Source: Patescibacteria group bacterium
GTDB lineage: Bacteria; Patescibacteriota; Patescibacteriia; 2-12-FULL-57-11
DNA length: 64,000 nucleotides
Assembly (NCBI GenBank): GCA_038054875.1
Contig: JBBUJK010000029.1
Location: 7,442-71,441, forward strand
Direction of reading: 5' to 3'
Each line of letters opens with the position of its first letter. Position 1 is the first letter of the stretch. Positions 29,937-39,670 of the stretch are shown piece after piece. Position numbers and translations under genes: made by a program. The notes beneath the pieces are model-generated. The model ran no database searches, was not told the origin of the DNA, and saw only the letters and a list, made by a program, of their open reading frames with translations.

Positions 29937-30980
29937 ATGAACGACGTGACCGCGCAATTCGGCACGACGGACGGCAGGTTCGCCGCCCGCTTACCGGACA
30001 TACTCCGGGAGGTCTGCGCCGCGACCGGTTTTGAGCCGGGGGAGGAGATCTGGCGGGGACGGGTCGTGGCTGCAGAGAAGGTGGCCACGCAGATCGTCTC
30101 TGGGACATGGCAGGGGAAGCCCGCGGCGTTGAAGCTGCAAGGAATCCCGTTGCAGTTTGAAGAGGCGGAGTTGATCCGTCGCTTCACCATCATGAACGCG
30201 TCGGAGCGCATCCGCGCGCCACAGGTCTACCAACACGAACCGTGGGACGCCTCCCGCGGGTACGGTTGGACGATCATGGAGCTCGTCCAGATGCGACTCC
30301 CAATCTACAGCCCGCCGGACGCGCCGGAGCGGGCCCGTCGTCGGTTCGCGGATTTCTACGTGGAATTCCACGGCAAGACGGCCCAGCATCCATTCTTCCC
30401 GAACGAGGAGCCGATGCTCGACACGCCGGCGTTCCTGGAGAAGCGCCTCCTGACCTGGCTCGACATCAACGCGACGGCGCCGGAGCACAACCGCATGCTC
30501 GTCGGCGAACAGCGGGCGCTCGTTGCCGCATACAAGTTGCAGATTGCTGCGCGCGGTCCCGAGCTGCCGATGATTTTCACGCATGGCCATCTTGGCCCGC
30601 GCGACATCGTCTGCGAGGGTATTGGAAAGTACGTTCTGTTCGGCCATGCCTTCTGGGGTTGGCGGCCGCTGTGGTATGACCTGGCGTTCAATGTCTGGAT
30701 CAACCTGATGGCTGCGGGCGAGCATGCAGTGCCCTCGGATGTCGGGCTCCGACAGATCGTCGAAGACTGGGCGGCGACCTACGCGCAGCTGCCCATGGCG
30801 ATGTCAGACCACCACTTCATCCGGAACTTCCGGTTCATGATGATCGAGCGGTGCATCGGTGCGCTGCTCGTGGACATTCCCGCCGGCGTACGCAGCGCAG
30901 AAGGGGAGCAGGCGCGTTCCGGACACCGCGAGGCAGTGTATGTGCTGGCACGGCGCATGCTCAAAGAACTCGGGGGATGA
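29937..30980 (+). CDS. phosphotransferase-enzyme-family (APH/choline-kinase-like) protein, possibly catalytically altered
   Basis: FTHGHLGPRDIVCE (Brenner-motif region with HGH in place of HGD) and LFGHAFWGWRPLWYDLAF (DFG-like). Start ATG after GGAGGA. Confidence 0.45.
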   Translation: MNDVTAQFGTTDGRFAARLPDILREVCAATGFEPGEEIWRGRVVAAEKVATQIVSGTWQGKPAALKLQGIPLQFEEAELIRRFTIMNASERIRAPQVYQHEPWDASRGYGWTIMELVQMRLPIYSPPDAPERARRRFADFYVEFHGKTAQHPFFPNEEPMLDTPAFLEKRLLTWLDINATAPEHNRMLVGEQRALVAAYKLQIAARGPELPMIFTHGHLGPRDIVCEGIGKYVLFGHAFWGWRPLWYDLAFNVWINLMAAGEHAVPSDVGLRQIVEDWAATYAQLPMAMSDHHFIRNFRFMMIERCIGALLVDIPAGVRSAEGEQARSGHREAVYVLARRMLKELGG

Positions 30981-30988
30981 GACCGCTT

Positions 30989-31017
30989 TGACAAGCGGCT
31001 CTTTTTTTGCTATACTA
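30989..31017 (+). promoter_or_regulatory. terminator hairpin doubling as a TTGACA-N17-TATACT promoter
   Basis: GCCGCTTtgacAAGCGGC hairpin + TCTTTTTTTGC + TATACT. Confidence 0.5.
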
Positions 31018-31105
31018 CAAACATCCTCAAGAAGGTTCCGGGCAAAACTCGGCCGTAGGTCCGGCGGAAACGGATCAAAAACAAACATTGAAGGGAGGTG
31101 ACGAT

Positions 31106-31489
31106 ATGGAAACAAAAACACAAACGTGGCTTACTTCGCTATGGTTCGGCAAGAATGGGAATACCATGGAATCACTGCTCTTCGCAGTCTTCCTCTTCTT
31201 ATTCTCCTTTGCCCTGGCGATGGCGCCAGACGCGATGCGCCCCGGCGCACAAGTCGTTGTTGGCACGGCCAATGGCATCGGCCACGGCTATGAAATGACG
31301 ATTCGCCGTCTCGATCGCAACGTCGCGGTGCTTCCGGAAATCACTGCCGGCATGCAGCGCGAGATCGGAACGCGTTTCGAAGCAATGCAGGCGCCGAACT
31401 CGATCAGCAGGACGGTCGCCTTGCTCCAAATGCCTTCGACGAAACTTATTCGTTGGCAGGGAACGAGCGTAAATCGTCCCTACCGCTAA
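31106..31489 (+). CDS. hypothetical small membrane-anchored protein
   Basis: METKTQTW..., TM segment LLFAVFLFLFSFALAMA. RBS GAAGGGAGGTG. Confidence 0.4.
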   Translation: METKTQTWLTSLWFGKNGNTMESLLFAVFLFLFSFALAMAPDAMRPGAQVVVGTANGIGHGYEMTIRRLDRNVAVLPEITAGMQREIGTRFEAMQAPNSISRTVALLQMPSTKLIRWQGTSVNRPYR

Positions 31490-31669
31490 AGAGGTTGTCG
31501 CTTGCGGGTCTTCGCCGCGCGCACCTCTTCCCGCCCGCGGCGAGTCTCCAGCAAGGGACTCCGCGCCCGGAACAACCCATCCGCGGGAAGCGCCTCATGG
31601 GGGGCCAGCGGATAGGCAGTTCCAGACCGCGCGCAGCGCGTTCCTTAACAATTGAGGAGGAAACAAAAA

Positions 31670-31700
31670 CAAAATATCCCGCACCGCGGGATTTTTTGTT
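31670..31700. terminator. rho-independent terminator
   Basis: AAAATATCCCGCACCGCGGGATTTTTTGTT. Confidence 0.55.
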
Positions 31701-31718
31701 GTGCTATACTTTCCCTAT

Positions 31719-31943
31719 ATGCCGCGCCTCCTTGATCCCGCCCCGCACGTCCCCGCACGCCGCTTTTCGGACGGCGCGCGCGGGCTCGTCGTCGCGATCG
31801 CGCTCGTGCTCGCCGTCGCGTGGTACGTGGTGATCGGTGAGCAGGCCCGTGCCGTCCACGTCGAAATGCGGAACCTTACGGCGCGTCTCGACCGGTTCAC
31901 CGTGCGTGCCGAGGCCTTCGAGCGCGATCTGGCGCGGCCGTGA
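31719..31943 (+). CDS. hypothetical small membrane protein (74 aa)
   Basis: MPRLLDPAPH..., one TM helix LVVAIALVLAVAWYVVI. Overlaps the leuS start. Confidence 0.3.
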   Translation: MPRLLDPAPHVPARRFSDGARGLVVAIALVLAVAWYVVIGEQARAVHVEMRNLTARLDRFTVRAEAFERDLARP

Positions 31944-34411
31944 TACGTTGCGCCCCCCGCAGTTCATCGTTACACTCGGGGGACGCTATGAGATACGACC
32001 ACGTCTCACTCGAAAAGAAATGGCAGGAGCGCTGGAAGGCGGAGCAATCTTTTGTCGCGCCAGAGCGTCCGTCCGGAAAGAAGACCTACATCTTGGACAT
32101 GTTTCCCTACCCCTCGGCGCAGGGGTTGCATGTCGGCCATCCCGAGGGCTACACCGCGACCGACATCATTGCACGCAAGCGCCGCATGGAAGGTTTTTCG
32201 GTGCTGCACCCCATGGGGTGGGACGCCTTTGGTCTTCCCACGGAAAATTACGCGATCAAGGTCCAGAAGAACCCCAAGGAGATTGCCGCCGCCAACATCG
32301 AAAATTTCCGGCGGCAGATTCAGTCGCTCGGGTTTTCGTATGATTGGGCGCGCGAGGTGAACACCGCGGACCCTTCTTACTATAAGTGGACGCAATGGTT
32401 GTTCCTGAAACTCTTTGAGCGCGGTTTGGCATACAAGGCCACAGCGCCAGTCAATTGGTGTCCCAAGGACCAGACCGTGCTTGCGAACGAGCAGGTCGTG
32501 AATGGGTGTTGTGAGCGTTGCGGAACGTCGGTGGAACAGAAGGAATTGTCGCAGTGGTTTTTTCGCATCACGGCCTATGCCGATCGGCTTTTGGCCGGCC
32601 TCGAGAACCTTGACTGGCCGGAGCGCATTGTGGCCATGCAGCGCAACTGGATCGGCAAGAGCGAAGGTGCCGAGATTGTTTTCTCTGGCATCACAGAATC
32701 GGGCCGACAATTTTCTTTGCCGGTGTTCACAACGCGGCCGGACACGTTGTATGGCGTCGTTGCCATCGTGCTCGCGCCGGAGCATCCGCTCGTTGCGGAG
32801 ATCGTCGCATCGGATTTTAAAGAGAAGGCTGAACTCTTCACCGCCGCGGTCACCGCGCGCGCCGAACGCGAACGCATCGAAGCCGAGACCAAGGAAGGTG
32901 TTCCGCTCGGCGTGCATGTTCGTCATCCGCTGACCGGTGCATTGGTTCCGGTTTGGATCGCCGACTACGTGCTGCCGCAGTACGGCACAGGCGCAGTCAT
33001 GGTCGTTCCGGCGCACGACGACCGGGATTGGGCTTTCGCGAAGACGTATGGATTTGATCCGTTGTTTGTCATCGCTCCACCGTCAGGCATGAATCCGTAC
33101 GTTGCGGATAAGAAGGAAGGTGCCTACACCGCCGAGGGCATCATGGTGCACTCCGGTCCCTATGACGGACTCATCAATCGTCAGGCGGCCACGGACATCA
33201 CGGATGCGCTTGTTGCGGCCGGTGTCGGGAAGCCCGCCGTGCATTGGCACCTGCGCGACTGGCTTGTTTCGCGTCAGCGGTATTGGGGTGCGCCGATTCC
33301 GATCATCTTGTGCGATGACTGCGGCGAAGTGCCCGTCCCGGAAAAGGATTTGCCCGTGGAATTGCCCGACGATGTCGACTTCCGGCCAACCGGCGAATCG
33401 CCGCTCGTGCGATCAAAGACGTTTCATGCGGTATCGTGTCCGACATGCGGCAATCCGGCGCGACGCGAGTCCGACACCATGGATACGTTCGTTGATTCGT
33501 CCTGGTACTTCCTGCGCTACGTCTCTCCGCACAATGACACACAGCCGTTCGACAAAAAGGACATCGCGGCCTGGTGCCCGATCGATCTTTACGTCGGCGG
33601 TGCCGAGCACGCCGTGTTGCACTTGCTGTATGCGCGGTTCATCACCGCCGTTCTCTCCGATCTCGGGCTTGTGCCATTCACTGAACCGTTCACGACCTTA
33701 AAGAACCAGGGGCTCATCCTTGGTGAAGACGGGCAGAAAATGTCCAAGTCGCGCGGCAATGTCGTGAGTCCGGATGAGGTCGTGGCAATGCACGGCGCGG
33801 ATACGCTTCGGCTCTACGAGATGTTCATGGGGCCGTTCGAGGATGCGAAGCCGTGGAGCACGCAGGGGATCGTCGGCGTGCGGCGTTTCTTGGAGCGCGC
33901 ACACGGGATTGCCGAGCAGGTTGCTCCGGGATCGGACGACGCGCTGCATCGTCTTACTCACAAGACGCTTGCCAAAGTGTCTGCCGACATCGACGGCTTC
34001 CGTTTTAACACTGCCATCTCCGCGATGATGGTGCTCGTGAATACATTCGGAAAGGCCGCGCACATCCCACAAGAAGATTGGGAGTTATTTGTGAAGATGC
34101 TTTCTCCGTTCGCCCCGCACTTGGCAGAAGAGCTCTGGGAGCGGCTCGGATACGATGAGAGCGTGGCACGCCAGAGCTGGCCCATCGCCGACGCCGTACT
34201 ACTTGTTGAGGATGAAGTGAAGATTATCGTTCAGATCGACGGCAAAATGCGTGACGCGCTCATCGTGCCCGCGGACATCGACGAGGAGACGCTCAAAGGT
34301 CTTGTTTTGGCGTCGAAGAAGGTGCAGACCTGGATTCACGGTCACCCCATTGAAAAGATCGTCGTCGTCCCCGGACGACTGGTGAGTATCGTGTTACAAA
34401 AGGCCGCCTAG
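31940..34411 (+). CDS. leuS: leucyl-tRNA synthetase
   Basis: 823 aa. HVGHPEGYTATDIIAR (HIGH-like) and KMSKSRGN (KMSKS). Confidence 0.95.
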   Translation: MIRCAPRSSSLHSGDAMRYDHVSLEKKWQERWKAEQSFVAPERPSGKKTYILDMFPYPSAQGLHVGHPEGYTATDIIARKRRMEGFSVLHPMGWDAFGLPTENYAIKVQKNPKEIAAANIENFRRQIQSLGFSYDWAREVNTADPSYYKWTQWLFLKLFERGLAYKATAPVNWCPKDQTVLANEQVVNGCCERCGTSVEQKELSQWFFRITAYADRLLAGLENLDWPERIVAMQRNWIGKSEGAEIVFSGITESGRQFSLPVFTTRPDTLYGVVAIVLAPEHPLVAEIVASDFKEKAELFTAAVTARAERERIEAETKEGVPLGVHVRHPLTGALVPVWIADYVLPQYGTGAVMVVPAHDDRDWAFAKTYGFDPLFVIAPPSGMNPYVADKKEGAYTAEGIMVHSGPYDGLINRQAATDITDALVAAGVGKPAVHWHLRDWLVSRQRYWGAPIPIILCDDCGEVPVPEKDLPVELPDDVDFRPTGESPLVRSKTFHAVSCPTCGNPARRESDTMDTFVDSSWYFLRYVSPHNDTQPFDKKDIAAWCPIDLYVGGAEHAVLHLLYARFITAVLSDLGLVPFTEPFTTLKNQGLILGEDGQKMSKSRGNVVSPDEVVAMHGADTLRLYEMFMGPFEDAKPWSTQGIVGVRRFLERAHGIAEQVAPGSDDALHRLTHKTLAKVSADIDGFRFNTAISAMMVLVNTFGKAAHIPQEDWELFVKMLSPFAPHLAEELWERLGYDESVARQSWPIADAVLLVEDEVKIIVQIDGKMRDALIVPADIDEETLKGLVLASKKVQTWIHGHPIEKIVVVPGRLVSIVLQKAA

Positions 34412-34426
34412 CGCGGCCTTTCTTGT

Positions 34427-35257
34427 ATGCGCGCCATACTGCTCGTCATTGCCGTTCTGCTTGCAGGGGCGGGATGCGTGCCATTGCAAACTCCCCCTTC
34501 CCCCTCTTCGCAAGAGGGGGTTGCCGGAGCATCACTCCCCCTTGTGAAGGGGGAGACGGAGGGAGTCCCTGAACTGCGCGTCCCCGTCCTCATGTACCAC
34601 CACGTCGGCACTGTACCCGCGCGTGATCCGTACGGGCTGTTCGTTTCGACTTCGACCTTCCGCGCCCAGATGCAGGCGCTCAAGGACGACGGCTGGAGCG
34701 TCGTGACCATGCCGGCGCTTGCGGACGCGCTCGAGGGAAAACAAACGCTGCCGAAAAAATCCGTTGTCATCAGTTTCGACGACGGCAACCGCGACACGTC
34801 CACGGGTGCATTCCCCATACTCCAGGAATTCAGATATGACGCAACGGTCTTCGTCATGACCGGTCCGTCCGGCAACAAGGCCGCGTCTTATCTGCCGCCG
34901 GATCTGCTGCGCGAGTTGATGGACGCGGGATGGACGATTGCGCCGCATACCCGCTGGCATGAGACGCTGACGCGTGTACCAGAAGCGCTTGCCCGCGAAG
35001 AGGTCGTTTCGTCGGTCGAGTTTCTTGCGCGCGAGGTCGGCGTGCGCGAGCCGTATTTTGCGTATCCAAACGGCGAAGAAAACGAAACGGTGCGCGGTTT
35101 CCTGCGCGAGGCCGGTATCCGCTATGCCTTCACCATTCACGAGGGTGTGGTGACGACGTCGAGCGATCCGTTGGCTTTGCCGCGGCTGCGCATGGGAGAA
35201 GATTACGGCGTCCAGAAATTTCTGGAACGGTTGCGTGCCGCTGCGGTACGTGGCTAG
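34427..35257 (+). CDS. polysaccharide deacetylase (NodB-family) lipoprotein
   Basis: Lipobox LLAGAGC, NodB motifs VVISFDDGNRD and HTRWHETL. The N-terminal linker contains an in-frame REP-like repeat. Confidence 0.75.
   Translation: MRAILLVIAVLLAGAGCVPLQTPPSPSSQEGVAGASLPLVKGETEGVPELRVPVLMYHHVGTVPARDPYGLFVSTSTFRAQMQALKDDGWSVVTMPALADALEGKQTLPKKSVVISFDDGNRDTSTGAFPILQEFRYDATVFVMTGPSGNKAASYLPPDLLRELMDAGWTIAPHTRWHETLTRVPEALAREEVVSSVEFLAREVGVREPYFAYPNGEENETVRGFLREAGIRYAFTIHEGVVTTSSDPLALPRLRMGEDYGVQKFLERLRAAAVRG
34488..34575. repeat. REP-like double-hairpin repeat, copy 2 (inside a coding linker)
   Basis: CCCCCTCTTCGCAAGAGGGGG ... CCCCCTTGTGAAGGGGGAG. Translated in-frame as ...PSPSSQEGVAGASLPLVKGETEG. 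Confidence 0.65.
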
Positions 35258-35268
35258 ATAGATGCACT

Positions 35269-37092
35269 ATGTGCGGCATCATCGGCTACATCGGCAATCG
35301 CCCGGCCACGCCCTTCCTCATCGAAGGACTGCATCGTTTGGAATACCGCGGGTATGACTCCGCCGGCGTGGCGCGTCTGACGCCGACAGGGCTTGTGCTT
35401 TCCAAGGCGGCCGGGAAAGTCGCCGAGCTTGCCGCGCTCCTGCCGGCTGATGCGACGGAGACGCTGGGCATTGCCCACACCCGCTGGGCGACCCACGGCG
35501 CGCCGTCCGAAGTGAACGCCCACCCGCACCTCGACTGCACCGGGAAAATCGCCGTCGTGCACAACGGCATCATTGAGAACTATCAGCACTTGAAACGCCG
35601 GCTCGAAGACGAAGGTCACCGCTTCCTGTCGGAAACCGATACCGAAGTGTTGCCCCATCTGATTGAAAAGCATTACCGCGAGAATTTGGGCGAGGCAGTG
35701 CGCCTGGCGCTGCAGGAAGTGCGGGGCGCCTATGCCGTGGCCGTTGTCGCCGCCGACCAGCCGAATTTGATCGTCGCGGCACGTCGCGGCAGCCCGCTCG
35801 TGCTCGGCGTCGGCACGAACGAACACTTCATCGCCTCCGACGTCGGTGCAATCCTGCAGTTCACCAAGGATATCGTATATTTGAACGATGGCGAGCTGGT
35901 GCGTATTTCCCGCGAAAGATTCCGTGCCATGACGCTCGACAATATCTGGGTTGAAAAGGAAGTCGAACACCTGACGCACGAAGCCGACAAATACGAGAAA
36001 GGCCAGTGGCCGCACTACATGCTCAAAGAAATGCATGAGCAGCCGGAAGTCATCCGGCGCGCAGCCATGGGGCGCGTGCTCGTGGATGACGCCATGGTGC
36101 GTTTCAGCGGGTTGAACCTGACGCTCAGCGAGCTGCGCGCCAAGCGGCGCGTCGTCATCATCGGTTGCGGCAGCGCGTCCTACGCCGGCATGGTCGGCAA
36201 GTACCTCTTTGAAGAGTTCGCGGGCATTCCCACGGACGTGGTTGTTGCCAGCGAGTTCCGCTACAAGCGCATCCAGGTGGAAGACGATGCGCTCGTGCTT
36301 GTCGTGAGCCAGTCCGGCGAGACCGCCGACACCCTGGCCGCGTTGCGCGAGCTCAAACGGAAAGGGTTGAAGGTCTACGGCATCTCGAACGTGCTGGGCT
36401 CCTCCATCGCACGGGAAACAGACGGCGGCATTTTCATCAATGCGGGTCCCGAGATCGGCGTGGCATCGACCAAAGCATTTTTGGGTCAGCTCACCGTGCT
36501 CACCCTGCTCGCATTCTTGATGGGCCGGTTGCGGGAGATGTCCGTTGCCGACGGCCGCGAGGTGTTGCGCCAGCTCGGCCAGGTTCCCGGCATCATCGGC
36601 GACCTGTTGGCCCGGCGCGCCGAACTCGCTCCGGCGGTGGCGCTCCTCAAAGACGCGCCGTCGGCGTTTTACCTTGGCCGCAAGATGACCTACCCGATCG
36701 CGCTCGAGGGCGCGTTGAAGTTGAAGGAGATCGCCTACGTCCACGCCGAAGCGTATCCGGCCGGGGAGATGAAGCACGGACCGATCGCGCTTCTGACCGA
36801 CACCTTCCCGTGCGTGGTGCTGGCACCCAAGGACAGCGTCCGTGAAAAGACGATTTCGAACATCCAGGAGATCCGCGCCCGTTCGGCGAAGATCATCGCG
36901 ATCGGCACGGCGGGCGACGAGGAACTCGCGGCGCTCGCCGACGTCTTCTTCCCCATCCCCGAGATCCACGAAATGCTCCTGCCGCTCGTGACGCTCATCC
37001 CGATGCAGATGTTGGCCTACGAAACCGCCGTGGCCAAAGGATACGACGTCGACAAGCCGCGCAATTTGGCGAAGAGCGTGACCGTTGAGTGA
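35269..37092 (+). CDS. glmS: glutamine--fructose-6-phosphate aminotransferase
   Basis: MCGIIGYIG N-terminal nucleophile and two SIS domains. 607 aa. Confidence 0.95.
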   Translation: MCGIIGYIGNRPATPFLIEGLHRLEYRGYDSAGVARLTPTGLVLSKAAGKVAELAALLPADATETLGIAHTRWATHGAPSEVNAHPHLDCTGKIAVVHNGIIENYQHLKRRLEDEGHRFLSETDTEVLPHLIEKHYRENLGEAVRLALQEVRGAYAVAVVAADQPNLIVAARRGSPLVLGVGTNEHFIASDVGAILQFTKDIVYLNDGELVRISRERFRAMTLDNIWVEKEVEHLTHEADKYEKGQWPHYMLKEMHEQPEVIRRAAMGRVLVDDAMVRFSGLNLTLSELRAKRRVVIIGCGSASYAGMVGKYLFEEFAGIPTDVVVASEFRYKRIQVEDDALVLVVSQSGETADTLAALRELKRKGLKVYGISNVLGSSIARETDGGIFINAGPEIGVASTKAFLGQLTVLTLLAFLMGRLREMSVADGREVLRQLGQVPGIIGDLLARRAELAPAVALLKDAPSAFYLGRKMTYPIALEGALKLKEIAYVHAEAYPAGEMKHGPIALLTDTFPCVVLAPKDSVREKTISNIQEIRARSAKIIAIGTAGDEELAALADVFFPIPEIHEMLLPLVTLIPMQMLAYETAVAKGYDVDKPRNLAKSVTVE

Positions 37093-37093
37093 C

Positions 37094-37188
37094 GGACTCC
37101 CTCCGTCTCCCTCTTCGCAAGAGGGAGGGAAACCCGGGTAACCCACCTCGGCAGCCCCCTCTTTGTGAAGAGGGGGGAAGGGGGAGTA
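37094..37188. repeat. REP-like double-hairpin repeat, copy 3
   Basis: CTCCCTCTTCGCAAGAGGGAGG ... CCCCCTCTTTGTGAAGAGGGGGGAAGGGGGAG. Confidence 0.7.
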
Positions 37189-37194
37189 TGGACC

Positions 37195-37223
37195 TTGACA
37201 ATTCGGGCTTTTTCTGTTATATT
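37195..37223 (+). promoter_or_regulatory. consensus promoter TTGACA-N17-TATATT
   Basis: TTGACAattcgggctttttctgtTATATT. Near-identical to the promoter at 27165. Confidence 0.55.
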
Positions 37224-37224
37224 T

Positions 37225-37351
37225 GGCCGTTGTGGAATGCGGCGTTTTTGGGCTTTTGGAAGGCCTTAGGACGCCGCTTTTCACAGGTGAGCCGATTCCG
37301 GGGCGTTTCCCGGAGGAGGTCAGCCGAGGCGGTGACAGGAGGGTGAGCCAC
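37225..37351 (+). ncRNA. conserved 5' leader, paralog of 27196-27345
   Basis: Same conserved blocks as the 27196 leader, including the GCGGCG...CGCCGC stem, a CCGGGgcgttTCCCGG hairpin and SD GGAGGG. Confidence 0.35.
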
Positions 37352-38206
37352 ATGGCCAGCCTTTTCGATCTGGGTCTGGGTGAGTTCGACGAGTTCAAGC
37401 GCATCGCCCACAAGGCGGGATTCAGCGCCGAGCTGATCCGCAAGGTGAACGGCGACCCCGAGCTCGCCGTCGTCGCGCGCGCGGCCATCGAGGCCAAGCT
37501 CGCGGAGATGGCGAAGCCCCGCTTCGTCCTCTCGGTCTACGAGCAGTTCCGTCGCTTCAGTGCCGCGAACAAGGCACAGGGCTGGGGCTTCGACGCAGAG
37601 GTCTTCGAGAGGCTCGCGGCGACGGTGCCCGAGTGGCCCGAGGGCAAGCTCTGTGTGCGGTCGCTGCGGATCCGCATCGGCGAGGGAGCCGCGGGGGCCG
37701 CCACGACCTTCGAGGCCCACGCCGCGGAGATCCAGCGCGTCTTCTCCAGCGAGAAGTACTGGCGCTGGGAGCATCTGCGCTCCGCACCCCACCCCTACGA
37801 GGGGGCGGACCCCAAGCTCCAGAAGCGCTTCGGGGACAAGCCGGTGGAGCGCCTCCGGCTCCTCGCGGGCAACGACACACACAAGCCCGTGGTCGAGTGG
37901 GTCGTGATCGACCTCGACGCCCACCGGAGCCGCAGGAGCATCACGGCGGTCCGCGACAAGAAGTCGTCGCTGGCCGACGAGCTGCTCGTCGTCGCCTGGA
38001 TGTTCCCGGAACTGATCCGGGCCATCGACTACGACGAGGTCCCCGGGCTGTTCGCCGGCGGCTACGAGCTCAACGTTCCCGAGGAGGACGGCGAGGGGTG
38101 GCGGGACGTGCCGTGCGTCGTCTTCAGCGGCAGTCAGGTGGAGCTGGGCGCCGGCTGGCACTGCGACGACGGCTCGTACGACTCAGTTCCCGCCCTGCGG
38201 GAGTGA
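37352..38206 (+). CDS. hypothetical protein, N-terminal domain paralogous to the DGR target (no VR)
   Basis: N-terminal 45 aa about 50% identical to the 27346 product (LGxxxExxxxxxxAGxxxxLxxKxxGDxELV). The C-terminal 230 aa are unrelated. Confidence 0.5.
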   Translation: MASLFDLGLGEFDEFKRIAHKAGFSAELIRKVNGDPELAVVARAAIEAKLAEMAKPRFVLSVYEQFRRFSAANKAQGWGFDAEVFERLAATVPEWPEGKLCVRSLRIRIGEGAAGAATTFEAHAAEIQRVFSSEKYWRWEHLRSAPHPYEGADPKLQKRFGDKPVERLRLLAGNDTHKPVVEWVVIDLDAHRSRRSITAVRDKKSSLADELLVVAWMFPELIRAIDYDEVPGLFAGGYELNVPEEDGEGWRDVPCVVFSGSQVELGAGWHCDDGSYDSVPALRE

Positions 38207-38458
38207 AGGGACTTGATACTGGGTCCCTCGGGGCTTTCACACGACTTGGTCTTCGGACCTCGGCGTGCGGGAGCCCCATTCTTTTTGATATGATGTGCAT
38301 GGAGAGTAGGTTCATGAACCGCCGTTTACGGATGTCGGTCACCGAAATCTCTTGTCGCCGCACGTAAGAACTCGTAGGATTCTTCGCTCCGCTCAGAATG
38401 ACAACAGCGCTTGGACTTGACATCTGATGCGATTCGTGGCGCGGCATACTAGAGAGGT

Positions 38459-39670
38459 ATGCCGCTTTTGTTTTTGGCGCAGAGCGCCGGATCGCCGTCC
38501 AAGACGTTTCGTATTTGCGGCCTGGCGCTCCTGCTCGGATTGGCTTTTGCGCCGTATCACGCCGTTCTCGCAGTCGGTGTCGGCGTGCTCGTCGTTGCCG
38601 CATGCCGCATGCCGCGTGCACGTCGCGTTCTTGCCGTCGCCGCAATCGTGTTTCTGATCGGCGCAATCCGACCGCGGGGGCCGACGATTGTGTTGCCGAC
38701 GGAGTCGTTTGCTTCCCTCCGCGCCGCGTCGGTACGCGCCGTGCGCCGGGCAGCGCCCGGGCCGGAAGGAACGCTCTTGCTTGGCATGAGCGTCGGCGAC
38801 ACCACCGACATGCCGCGCTGGTTGACGTTGCGATTCCGGCGCACCGGCACGTCGCATCTTCTTGCTGTCTCCGGCGCGAACGTTACGATCGCTGCAGGTA
38901 CTCTTGTTTCGATGTTGTTTGCCCTGCGATTGCGGCGCCGTGCGGTCGCGCTTGGTGCGGCGGTAGCAGTGTGCGCCTTCGCGCTTTTCGCCGGTGCGGA
39001 ACCGCCGGTCACGCGCGCCGCGTTCATGGCGCTGCTTGTTCTCACTGCGCGCGAACTCGGTCGCACACCGGACAGCGCCAACCTGCTCATCGCCGCAGCC
39101 TGCATCATGCTCGCCTTGGATCCTCGCGCAATCACGAGCGTCAGCTTCGCGCTGTCGTTCACGGCAACGGGCGGCTTGCTCTGGCTGACACCGCCGATCG
39201 CGGCCCGGTTCGAAACGATGCGCCTCGTCCGACGCGCGCCGGAGTTCTTACGCGGGACTGCTGCGGACGGACTCGCGGCGCAGCTCGCGACGCTTCCCAT
39301 TGCGTTGGGCACTTTTGGCACGTTCTCGGCCGTCTCGCCGCTTGCGAACATTCTGGCTGCGCCGTTTGTGCCGCTTTTGACCATCGGCGGGGGAGTGCTT
39401 CTTGCCGCCGCAGGCATCCAGCCAGACCTTGGGCGCGTCGTTGGTGTGTTTTTGGCTATCCCTGTCCGCGTGCTTCTCGTGCTTCTTGCGTGGTGTGACG
39501 CCGTACCAGGCGCGTTTCTCGCCGGCGGAAGCATCCCGCTTCCCCTCGCCGTTGCCTGGTATATTTTTCTCGCCGCGATCGTTGTCCGGGCCAGGGGCTT
39601 GGCGGATGACGGAAAAGCGCGTATGATTGGCGAAACCATTCCTCCCTTTGTATATGCCAAACACGATTGA
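38459..39670 (+). CDS. comEC: ComEC/Rec2-family competence protein (membrane channel domain only)
   Basis: Competence-domain pattern LLAVSGANVTIAAG...FALSFTATGGLLWL with multiple TM helices. 403 aa, no beta-lactamase domain. Confidence 0.65.
   Translation: MPLLFLAQSAGSPSKTFRICGLALLLGLAFAPYHAVLAVGVGVLVVAACRMPRARRVLAVAAIVFLIGAIRPRGPTIVLPTESFASLRAASVRAVRRAAPGPEGTLLLGMSVGDTTDMPRWLTLRFRRTGTSHLLAVSGANVTIAAGTLVSMLFALRLRRRAVALGAAVAVCAFALFAGAEPPVTRAAFMALLVLTARELGRTPDSANLLIAAACIMLALDPRAITSVSFALSFTATGGLLWLTPPIAARFETMRLVRRAPEFLRGTAADGLAAQLATLPIALGTFGTFSAVSPLANILAAPFVPLLTIGGGVLLAAAGIQPDLGRVVGVFLAIPVRVLLVLLAWCDAVPGAFLAGGSIPLPLAVAWYIFLAAIVVRARGLADDGKARMIGETIPPFVYAKHD

Noticed and set aside
31453-31833. 126-aa ORF across the terminator and promoter region before leuS
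   Set aside because: It spans a clear rho-independent terminator (31670-31700) and has an Arg/Ser-rich composition. The small 31719 ORF with its own -10 box is a better candidate.
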